64,000 nt of DNA, from assembly GCA_964016885.1 (NCBI GenBank), contig OZ024741.1:59086001-59150000 (forward strand), given 5' to 3'. Origin of the DNA: Eledone cirrhosa (taxonomy: Eukaryota). Of this stretch, positions 12,561 through 23,600 are shown piece by piece. Each line of letters begins with the position of its first letter. The first letter of the stretch is position 1. The translations under genes were made by a program, and so were the position numbers. The notes under the pieces are model-generated. The model saw nothing but the letters and a program-made list of their open reading frames with translations. It did not search any database and was not told the DNA's origin.

Positions 12561-14347
12561 AATAATATTCCTAAATTATTCTTTAGTGCCTTAAATAAAT
12601 GCTTCCCTCCCTCACATATCTATAGTAAAATATTTAACAAACACACTATAAAATTTTCCTCCAACATTATCTCTAAACACAACAATAAAATACTAAATCT
12701 CTTCCTTCCAACACTGAATATCAATAATAGTAATAGTACTCCCGACGTCATTGTAAACTCTAGGCTAATTTCTGCAAACCCAAATACAACGTCAAATGCA
12801 ACTTCACTAAATGTTCTTAATCCCATTCTAAATCAAGAAACTATTATTCCTATCGTAAATGACTTCTCCAATCCAATTCCTTCTATAGATGACACTAGAT
12901 CACTTGTTAATAACTCTGTTAATCTCTCTAATCGCAATTGCAATTGCCCTGTTAAAAATAAATGTCCTCTCAACAACCATTGTCTTGAAAAAACTTAATC
13001 TACGAATGTAAAGTTATAAATGACACCAATTTCTTTACCTATTTTGGCTCCACTTCCACCTCCTTTAAAGCTCGTCTTTATAATCATCATTCGTCTTTTA
13101 AATACCAACTTAAAAGAACCAACACGGCACTCTCAGAACTCATATGGTCCTTGAAAGAGAAAAATATTAACTATAACATCTCTTGGAAGAAGGTTTGTTC
13201 TGCTTCTCCATACTTGAATAGTTCTGTATCCAAGACATGCAATCTCTGTTTATGTGAAAAATTTACCATTATATCTAATTTAGATTCTATAATAAATAGA
13301 CGCACTGACTTGTTTTCTCTCTGCTTGCATACATTCCACAGAACATTCCATAAAGTATACAGCTAATATCTAATACTTTATCAATTTAAAATCCTTTTCT
13401 CAAAGGCACATATATATATATATACATATATATTTCTTTAAAAATATACCCATCTTTCTACCTTATTTCAATGTTATTTATTATACATTATATAATACCA
13501 GTTGCTCATTCTATATCACTCCTATTTATCACTTCCCTTTCTTTCTTTTTTCCTTTTTTCTTTTTTTTCTTTTTCTTTTAATTTCTAACCTCTAATCTGT
13601 ACCTTTTCTTCCTAGATACTTCTCAATTATCATTGTGCCTAACGTAGAAACAATTATTACTCAGCACAATATATTCTTACTTCATATCACCTTGAAAAAA
13701 TCCTTCGTAAACATAAACATTTTTTTGATGTTAGAATATTCATCCTCAATTCATTATTTTTTTCTCCCTTTCATGCTCATCTAACTTATACTATTACACT
13801 TATTCATCCACTCTTCTACTTCTTTCACAATATATCCTTAATTACATTACTATTGGTATATTTTTATATTTTTTAATAATACATATCAACAATTTCTTTC
13901 CATCGCACATATTATTAAACCCTTAAATATTATTCTTAATACATATTAACAATTTCTTTTCATCGCACATATTATTAAACCCTTAAATATACAAACCTTA
14001 ATTTAACATTATTCTAAAATTTTTCTCTTCGTTAATTTTCAAATTCTTTTAATTTATATATTATCTTCCAACGGTTTTTCAACCTCTCTATGTAAAACAA
14101 TATATTTTTCTCAGTTATAAAAGCTGCCTCTCTCTCTCTATCACCCATCTCTCCTCCTATCTCATCCTTCCTCATTATACTCCTCCCCTCCACTTTTTAT
14201 TCTCATCTCCTCCTCTTTTTCATCCTTTCCACCCCACCCCCTCAATTTTTTTCCCAATATCACACATCAATCTAAAACTACTTTTCATATGTTGATTTAA
14301 AACTACACTATTCACAAGTGTGTTTTAACCTTCATATCATGTCTCCC

Positions 14348-14418
14348 TATTTTATCTGACGAAAACGCAAATGTTATTGCATGATGATATTTGTTTTTGA
14401 AATGCGCATAATAAAATA
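14348..14418 (+). ncRNA. type I hammerhead ribozyme
   Basis: TATTTTAT-CTGACGA-16-bp stem II-GAAA-T GCGC A-TA-ATAAAATA; 8-bp stem I, AUA site after 14410. Confidence 0.9.
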
Positions 14419-14542
14419 CATGGAACTCTTTTAACCATCTTTTGATCTTATATATTATTTATACTCCAGTCCTACAAACTGTAGAGTGCTACTTATCCGA
14501 TATCTGCATTGCTTTATTGTACTACAATAAAACTCACCTCCT

Positions 14543-14613
<71 letters not shown>

Positions 14614-14623
14614 AACCAGTAAG

Positions 14624-14717
14624 ACCCCGACAGCTGAGCTCAAGCCGTTTCGACGGCTAATTCTGGACTAAATGAAAATTTATCCTGGTATTTAAATAGC
14701 CGATCTTCTCAAGGGGT
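14624..14717 (-). ncRNA. hammerhead ribozyme, U3-A8 core variant (inverted-arm copy)
   Basis: Reverse complement of 18240-18333. Confidence 0.8.
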
Positions 14718-15716
14718 AATTCCATATATGGTCAAAGTGATTGTCAAAAATCAGTAGTAATTCTGTGGTTGCAAATTAGTAGGGGAGATGGTGGCTAAAC
14801 CTGCCTGTAGGAGAAGGAGGGGAGGGGGTGGAGTAGACCCAATCAAGCGTTAGTAGTGCCAGCTACAGCTGGGCATGAGGTCAAAGAAGATACAGGGGAG
14901 AGGGAGGGGGAGGAAGTCGGAACGGTAGGTAGAACAATGGGGGGTAGAAATATATAGGAAAGAAAAAATACCGAGAGTGAAGAAAAGCAAATAAGTGTAA
15001 AGAAAAAAGTAAAGTAAATTAAATTCTACGACCTAGGTCTCTAGCTATTGTTAGGCTAGAATGAATAAATAAATAAAGAAAGAAAGAAGTAAAGAAAGAA
15101 ATAAAGAAATAACGAAATAAGTAAAAGAACTAGGTGGGACGGAATAGGCAAGGACCCTTTTAAGAGGTATAAGTACGTAAATGATACGGTGACGGGTCAA
15201 CAAAAGGGGCCAGAATACTAAAGAGACTACCACGAAATAAACAATAAAGGTTTCCATCCCGGGCACAATGCCAGCAACCACCCAGTGCAGCAAAGTGAAC
15301 TTGTACGAGATAATAATTCTGAGTCCCGAAAAATATATACTAATGCTAACTCTAAAAGATCTAAAACAAGCTACATGAAAGTTCGTACGAAGTAAAGGTA
15401 GAATACGGAAAAATAAATTCAGAATCCACCCCGCCCAAAAGAAAAGCGAAGAAAGAAATACTGAAACGAAAAAATAAGGCATAGGTGCCACTAAGAAATA
15501 TAGAGGGCACAGAGAATAGTGGGAGCGGTCGGAAAAAGGGGACAAGTATCCGGGGTCTAAACCAACTGCTATAAAGGGCGGAGTCCGCCAAATCTATCAT
15601 AGACTAGGGGAGGGGGTGGGGGTACTAAGGCTACAAGGGGCCAAAGGGCAGCCTCGGGTGGGCGAGAAAAGACGCCGACAAAGGAGAAGAGCTGGGGTAG
15701 AAGGACTAAGGAGAGA

Positions 15717-17122
15717 CAGTTCGACATAGAGAGCTACTATGCTTCAATCACCTTACCGCTACTTACTGCCGCATTGGACTTCGCCGAAACACTTGTGCCC
15801 ATCACTGACCAGGAAAGAAAAATCATCCTTCACGCCAGGAAGACAGTCTTACTCTTTGACGACTCTAAATGGATAAAAAGAGCTCCCGACTCACCCTTCG
15901 ACGTCAGCATGGGCGCCACGGATTCGGCGGAGGTCACAGATCTTATAGGATTATTCCTAATAGCCAAACTCACTGATATGTTTCCTGCATTCGGTGGTGG
16001 ATTGTACCGTGATGATGGACTCCTTACCCTTAAAGGGTACAACCCCAGTAGTACAGATCGGGTCCGGAAACAATTAATCAGATTCTTCCGCGACTGGGGA
16101 TTTAAAATAACCCTACAAACGTCCCTGACCCGAGTAAACTTCCTGGACGTGACCCTCGACCTCGAAAACGACCTGTACTACCCATACAGGAAACCTAATG
16201 ACAATCTGCACTACATCCACCGCCGATCAAACCATCCTAGGAACATCACAAACAACCTGGTCAAAAACATCTCCCTCCACATATCCCGTTTGTCAGCTAA
16301 TGAGCGGATATTCGATGAACATGCGCCTTATTACAACCAGGCCCTCAGGCGGAGTGGTTTCCGGGAGGAAATATCCTACTGTCCAGCTCCCATTAGCGGA
16401 ACCAGCAGGAGACACCGCCGCTCACGCAATGTAACATGGTTCAATCCTCCCCACAACGCAGAGGTGACAACTCCCATCGGGAAACTATTCTTTAGGCTCA
16501 TTGAAAAACACTTCCCATTACAACACCGCTACCACAATCTAATTAACAAAAATACCATCAAACTCTCTTACAGCACTACACCAAACTTCGCACAAAACAT
16601 CGTCTCCTCTAACAACAAAAAACTCAACCCCGATGGCAGAAATAACCTAAATAGCAGTGGAGAACCGACCAGGAGGTGTAACTGCCCGGATAGATCTATT
16701 TGCCCACTCGACAATAGATGCAGAGACCGTAATGTGATCTACCAGTGCAACGTGAGGACGGATACCTCCAACAAAGCCTATATAGGACTTACCGCATATG
16801 ACTTCAAGACCCGGCTATACCAACATAGACATACCTTCCGAAACCCGGCCCGAATCACGCCACTACACTTTCGGGCAACATATGGGACCTCAAGGACAAC
16901 AACATCACCTATGATCTCACTTGGAGATTACTGTCCAGAGCCAATTCTTACACGGGAGGACGCCGTCCGTGCAATTTATGCTCGGAGGAAACCTTACAAA
17001 TGCTGTTTTCGACGGACCAACTCCTAAACAAGAAAGATGAACTGGTTACTGCATGTAAACATAGATTGCGTAGGACTTACCTCGCCCTCAAACCCCATAA
17101 TGACCCGGGGGGGGGGGGGTAG
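15717..17122 (+). pseudogene. Penelope-like RT / GIY-YIG endonuclease polyprotein, 5'-truncated, one frameshift at ~16851
   Basis: FDIESYYAS, FDVSMGATDSAEV, GLYRDDGL, NFLDVTLDL, CNCx5Cx5C linker, VIYQC...YIGLT..FKTRLYQH, then WRLL...CNLCSEE...LLNKKDELVTACKH. Confidence 0.95.
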
Positions 17123-17162
17123 ACTAGGGCTATAACACCCCACTTGCCGATTTTGCAATGGG
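17094..17162 (+). other. possible decayed SECIS-like stem-loop
   Basis: CCCAT/ATGGG helix I, ATGA.../GA quartet, GGGGT/ACCCC helix II with expanded poly-G, apical AGA rather than AAA. Confidence 0.3.
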
Positions 17163-18239
17163 TAACCCCTGCTTGCCAAGGGAGACGTAAGATCTTCTTT
17201 GTATTCTTTTATCGCTTCCTTTATTTCCTTCCCCCCTCTCTCCTTAGTCCTTCTACCCCAGCTCTTCTCCTTTGTCGGCGTCTTTTCTCGCCCACTCGAG
17301 GCTGCCCTTTGGCCCCTTGTAGCCTTAGTACCCCCACCCCCTCCCCTAGTCTATGATAGATTTGGCGGACTCCGCCCTTTATAGCAGTTGGTTTAGACCC
17401 CGGATACTTGTCCCCTTTTTCCGACCGCTCCCACTATTCTCTGTGCCCTCTATATTTCTTAGTGGCACCTATGCCTTATTTTTTCGTTTCAGTATTTCTT
17501 TCTTCGCTTTTCTTTTGGGCGGGGTGGATTCTGAATTTATTTTTCCGTATTCTACCTTTACTTCGTACGAACTTTCATGTAGATTGTTTTAGATCTTTTA
17601 GAGTTAGCATTAGTATATATTTTTCGGGACTCAGAATTATTATCTCGTACAAGTTCACTTTGCTGCACTGGGTGGTTGCTGGCATTGTGCCCGGGATGGA
17701 AACCTTTATTGTTTATTTCGTGGTAGTCTCTTTAGTATTCTGGCCCCTTTTGTTGACCCGTCACCGTATCATTTACGTACTTATACCTCTTAAAAGGGTC
17801 CTTGCCTATTCCGTCCCACCTAGTTCTTTTACTTATTTCGTTATTTCTTTATTTCTTTCTTTACTTCTTTCTTTCTTTCTTTCTTTCTTTATTCATTCTA
17901 GCCTAACAATAGCTAGAGACCTAGGTCGTAGAATTTAATTTACTTTACTTTTTTCTTTACACTTATTTGCTTTTCTTCACTCTCAGTATTTTTTCTTTCC
18001 TATATATTTCTACCCCCCATTGTTCTACCTACCGTTCCGACTTCCTCCCCCTCCCTCTCCCCTGTATCTTCTTTGACCTCATGCCCAGCTGTAGCTGGCA
18101 CTACCAACGCTTGATTGGGTCTACTCCACCCCCTCCCCTCCTTCTCCTACTTGCAGGTTTAGCCACCATCTCCCCTACTAATTTGCAACCACAGAATTAC
18201 TACTGATTTTTGACAATCACTTTGACCATATATGGAATT

Positions 18240-18333
18240 ACCCCTTGAGAAGATCGGCTATTTAAATACCAGGATAAATTTTCATTTAGTCCAGAATTAG
18301 CCGTCGAAACGGCTTGAGCTCAGCTGTCGGGGT
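18240..18333 (+). ncRNA. type I hammerhead ribozyme, U3-A8 core variant
   Basis: ACCCC-TTGAGAA-GATCGGCTA...TAGCCGTC-GAAA-CGGC TTGAGCTCA GCTG-TC-GGGGT; GUC site after 18328. Confidence 0.82.
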
Positions 18334-18424
18334 CTTACTGGTTCCTATTACCCACTCTACTACCTCTAGTATTGAGTACTTTGGTGCGTTATGGTCCACC
18401 TGGTTCCTTACCACATTTCCTTCG

Positions 18425-18475
<51 letters not shown>

Positions 18476-18476
18476 A

Positions 18477-18509
<33 letters not shown>

Positions 18510-19768
18510 CACACCGGTGTTGTTGATTGTTGTAGATGTAGACGTTGGGTTGAAATTTGGTCGTAATAAATATAAATATTAATACAATGTATAGATTTAC
18601 ATAAACATAATCTAATATACATATATAGATATAAATACACAGATATAAAGATATATATATGCACATTTAACCTGTACTAGCGTGGAAAATAAATGTTAAA
18701 TAATGATAATGATGATACATACATTCATATACACATAAACCATGGCCTCGCAAGCTTTGTCTTACTAGTTTTCCATGAATTATAAATACAACATTTTTTA
18801 ACAATTTTGACAGATTGTTGCGTTTGTGTGACAGACAGACTAAAAAGAATGTACAGTTATTATGATATAGATTCTTTCCAAATTGATATAACCTATGTTG
18901 TCTAAGTTTCAATATCGTCATATGTCTTCTGTAACTGTACAAGTAGATTCATCAATTACCTACAGTATAGGAATCAAATTGATAATTTATATATAATTAG
19001 TTACCACAGCAACCATTTTCTATATGATATTATCAAAATCAACTTCAATTTTATTTTAGTATAACATCTTTTAATTTCACTTCAATTGTTAAGTACTTGA
19101 CTTCAAACACTAGAGATAAGGTAACTTTGAGAGGTATCACTGGCAAACACAAGAATATTGGAAACAGTTCTTCAGTTATTCACAATTTATGAATATTACC
19201 AATACTGTCTTCGTTATATCATCATCATCGTTTAGCGTCCATTTTCCTATGCTTGCATGGATTAAACAAGTCTGGCCAGATTTGACCACACCATACCTTG
19301 CCCCAATGAGGACTGTAAATTTGACCAGGTATTTTACAGCTGGATGCCCTTCCTAACACCAACCACATTTATATATATATATATGATTAAGAATAGGTTT
19401 TCAAAGAGGAATGGAAAATGATCACAGTTAAATAAGGTGTTCAATGCATTTTTAGAGAAGACACAAATCTATATCATGCAGAAATAACTTCTACATGACT
19501 AGAAATTTTGTTTAATTGAAATTATCAGAAAAGGATTTTCTTGAGGATTTTAAATGAATGAAACAATCCTAGTCTTGTAAAAATCATTTCTATACAAAAT
19601 AAATTTGTACGCATACGAAATTGCTTTTCTCACTATTTAACATATTAGTGTGCACTCTGTTTTCATTTGGGTTGGTATCTTAAGGATTCTAACTTAATTA
19701 AAACATCGACTGAGTAGGAAAACGATCAAAGATTTTCAGTCCTATCCGATGACTTCGTCTTAGAGTTA

Positions 19769-19853
<85 letters not shown>

Positions 19854-20274
19854 CTGATCAATATAAATCTTGGTGCAAAAATACCAAAAACAGTGTGTAC
19901 TCATAAAAGATAATGGATACAAGATTATATATATATATGCAATATGCATGATGAATATGTTTCTCACCAGAATAGCTCAATGGATGTTTGTCCAGACCAT
20001 TAATAATTCAAATTAATATATATACTTTTAGGTAGAAACGTTCCACCTCAAAGTATATACTATTTCCTAAATATCATATGATTTTTATATATATGTACAA
20101 AATATTGTGTTTCTCTAATGATATATGGCTATATACATATATTTTCTAATTTGAATTATATATACTAGCAGAAAAACCGCCTGTGTGCGGTTTTCTGCTG
20201 GCATATGTAGTGTGCATATTTGTATTATACGCAAACATATATATATGTAAATTGAAAAGTAAATCGACAATATC

Positions 20275-20885
20275 TTCTTCGCCCACTTATTTCTGAAAGG
20301 GTCGTGGGGCAGAGTCCTTCTCAAACACTCCTTCCAGCAAGTCTGTCAGAAGCAAACATCTCTAACTGATCCAGCTGGATCCCAAAGCGAGACCAGCTAA
20401 GGTCATGGATGTTATGCAACTATCTTGCTTAGGGTCTACCTCTAGGTCCCTTGCTATTTGGTTTTGCCTGTAAAATGTGTCTAGCGATTCTTTACTGAGA
20501 CATTCTAACCACATGCTCATAATATCGGAGTTGTGATCTCTCAATTTGGAGAAGTAGCGGCTCTACCAGGAGTGACTCTCTGGTCTCTGAGTTATGCACT
20601 TTATCGAGTAACGTTACTCCAAAGACTCTTTCGATGAATCCCATTTCTTTTATTTGCAATTGTATTCTTTTGGTCATTACTCAAGATTCATGATCCTCGG
20701 TAAGAGTTGGCAGGAACACCAGGAAGATAGCGAGTTTGGCTTTTAGACCCTTCTTCTGAATGCTGAGGCTGGCGCATTACTGCATCAGCTTTTGCAATTC
20801 TTTCACTTAATTCACCCTCCTGTATTCTATCACTCATGAACACGGCTCCAAGATACTTGAACTTCTCTAACTGCTTCAGTAGAAC
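20275..20885 (-). mobile_element. RTE LINE (second family, Rex3/Expander-like) 3' fragment
   Basis: QLEKFKYLGAVF; EMGFIERVFGVTLLDKVHNSETRESLLVEPLLLQIERSQLRYYEHVVRM. Confidence 0.85.
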
Positions 20886-21097
20886 GCCATGTATATAAAT
20901 TTGAGGGACTTCTGTCTACCCGTCCATCACACAATGTGTATGTGCGTTTGTGTGAATGTATATGTGTGTAAAAGTCAGGAAAGGGATACACACATATATG
21001 TCTCTAACTTAAAAACAGTAACACACACACGTCTCTAATTTAAGAATGCCGACAAAATCATGCGCGCGCACATACACACACACTGTCCCATTACCAC

Positions 21098-21780
21098 ATA
21101 AGAGCGTTGGCCCGAGCAAACATCCCCTCAATTTTGGAACTGTCTGGGTTGTCCAGAATTGATGGGAAAAGACTTGACGGTCTTACTCTATGCTCCTGGT
21201 CAAGAGGCAGGTACCTTACTCTTTTGCTTCTTCCCACATCCTGGATGCGGCGGTAAGGGCGAGAGCTACAGCATCCGCAGCTGAACGGAACAAAATCCTA
21301 AAATACTGTGTTCTGTCAGCTAAATACATTATCCAACCTGTGGCGTTCGAGACGTTTGGGGGAGCGGGCTACTGACAGCGAGGTTCTTATCTTCACTGGT
21401 GGCTCGCCAAACAAAGGTAACTGGTGATGCTCATGAAGGCACTTGGTTGTTGAAGCACCTCAGCCTTGCCATCACCCCAGGTAATACTGTGAGCGTGCTG
21501 GCTTGCCTCAAAAATTATTAGAGAGGTTTCCCAGTGCTTCTCGATATATTGTTATCTTTTGCTCTGGTACGATCTCGTACCTGCCTTTTGTTGATGTGGT
21601 CTAAGATGTGAGTATTACGTGCTTGTGTATTTTTTCTCTTTCTTTTTTTCCTTTCCCTTTCCTTTGTATATATTATATTTGTTAGTGTTTTCATTCTGTA
21701 ACCTTTATATTAAATTTTTATACAAATGAATTTAAAAAAAAGATTTTAACTGTGTTATTAATAAATAAATAAAACATTAT
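21098..21780 (+). mobile_element. CRE-clade non-LTR retrotransposon 3' end (restriction-like endonuclease + 3' UTR)
   Basis: IRALARANIPSILELSGLSRIDGKRLDGLTLCSWSRG...AERNKILKY...PVAFETFG...LSLAITPGN; U-rich UTR and (AATA)n end. Confidence 0.85.
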
Positions 21781-23289
21781 ACTTGTATTACCCTCCCATT
21801 TCCAATTCACCGAACGCTGCAATCATGACTGTATGTGTGTTTGTGTAAATGTATATGTGTGAATGTGTGTTTGTGTAAATGTATATGCGGGAAAGTATGT
21901 CCGTGAGCGTTTATTTTTATAAAATCAAGAACAACATACACACACATCAGCGTGTTGAAAACAATCCAAATCGCTTCATCTTTCTCTTTCACTCTCTCTC
22001 TCTCTCTATGATATACCAGAAGTATTGAAATTTGAATTTTTTAAAAGAAGTGTCTTGAACTATGCAATAATATTTTTAATATATGTTTAATCATGTGTTA
22101 CGAAATTTAGTAGATAAATTATGTAATATCCATTCATTATTTATTCAAATTAATCAAACTTATTTTATAAACTGGATAAAAAATTATAATATATTCTGGA
22201 TGCAGTCCCGCACTCCTTTCTTTATTATAGTTAAGATATATATATATATAGTTCAGGTGATTCAGTAGATTTGTGACTTACTGATGACGGAACCAATATT
22301 AGCACTCTATGCTATAGCAGAATTACGAAGAACAAAACAAGGTTTCACATTAAGGTATTTATTGATTAGATTCAGTTATGCACGTTTCACAGATGGGTGG
22401 CTCAAGGTCCATATTTGTGTTATAGACCTGACTCCATCCCCAATCTGCTCATCAGACTTGGTAATCAAGAAAAACTAGAAATTCATCTCAAGGCATCCTA
22501 GCTCAAATGGTGTATATATACGTATATACACCACTGCATACACAGACATATTTACATATACATACACACGGGGAATCTCACTCGCCTGCACACACACAAC
22601 ATGCTCACTCACAACCATATGCACTGTACATGTACACACACATACTCACACACTGACTCACAGACACATGGGGTCATGGTGTCAATGGGATTCAAACAAA
22701 AGGTCTGTAGCCGGCCAAAGCCACACCGCAACATCACCATCCCCATCAACTACAACAGCAACCACAACAACATCAATCATGTTAACTGGATTTAGGTCAA
22801 ATACCATTTATCTTTTTATTACTGTGTTGAGCTGGCTACCACCAACAACAACCACAACATCAGCACCAACACACCTGAATAAAATTGTTGAAGGAGGTGC
22901 TATTGGCATGAATATTAGTGGCAGCAATGGTTGTAGAGTAAGAAGTAAACAGATACTGATAAATGGAGATGATGCACATATATGTGCATACACAGCAACC
23001 GAATGAATGCATACATTCATGCATACGTTCATATTCTTAAGCAAGCTCATATACTATTACACAATATGAAGAATGGGTACATACACACCCACACATTCAC
23101 AGACATAGTCACCTGTGCACACTGACACACACATGCACACTTCCCCATACTCACCCATCCTCTATTGAAATGCTATCATAGCATACATGGGAAACGTGAA
23201 ACATAAACTATGAAAGATGAGACAAGAAAGAAATAAGAAAAACAGCAGGTCTTCCTATCAATAGATGTGCAATTGTCCATGTTGTAGTT

Positions 23290-23600
23290 GCATGGACCAA
23301 GTTCAGGTTGGTAAAAATTGGGCCTGCTGGTTCATACAGTTCATTATTACTTCAAACTGCAAGTTAATTCCAGTGCTTTTCAGTTTTATTATCTCCACAC
23401 ATTCCAATAGATAGAGCTAACACTGCCTTCTGCCCTGTGTGTACGGAGATGCATATTTGAGGATCTTCCACTTCATTTTGAAGTTTCAGTTCTCATCATA
23501 CACACTTGACCAGACTTGTGTAGTTGTAGTACCAAGATTTAAAGTATGTACAGGTGGATCCAATATAGGTGAACGCTGTGTTTTTATCTGTGGAGTGAAG
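23290..23600 (-). mobile_element. degenerate Penelope-like GIY-YIG fragment
   Basis: AFTYIGSTCTYFKSWYYNY...KWKILKYASPYTQGRRQC*LYLLECVEII. Confidence 0.7.

Larger units (their letters stand above)
10994..14545 (+). mobile_element. Penelope-like (Naiad-like) retroelement, rearranged, with ~1.25-kb inverted arms
   Basis: Arms 10994-12242 / 13209-14458 plus unique 3' tail; CNCPVKNKCPLNNHCL linker, FTYFGSTSTSFKARLYNH GIY-YIG, CNLCLCEK; flanked by (TA)n. Confidence 0.92.
14609..18426 (+). mobile_element. young 5'-truncated Penelope-like (Naiad-like) retroelement with ~1.1-kb inverted arms
   Basis: Arms 14609-15716 / 17237-18348, unique tail 18349-18426, (TA)n on both sides, RT + GIY-YIG ORF between the arms. 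Confidence 0.95.

Noticed and set aside
15051-17938. Paired hydrophobic 164-aa and 176-aa ORFs
   Set aside because: T-rich pseudo-LTR sequence present twice because of the inverted arms; TTG starts and no motifs
19690-19770. Possible hammerhead on minus strand (AAGACGA-AGTC...GACT-GAAA)
   Set aside because: The core lacks CUGA and no convincing stem III or stem I was found
20163-20202. Hairpin CTAGCAGAAAAACCGC...GCGGTTTTCTGCTGG as terminator or ncRNA
   Set aside because: Best explained as an isolated Helitron-type end; no other support
22275-22360. CTGATGA followed by a GGAACC/GGTTTC stem
   Set aside because: No GAAA or cleavage triplet after the stem
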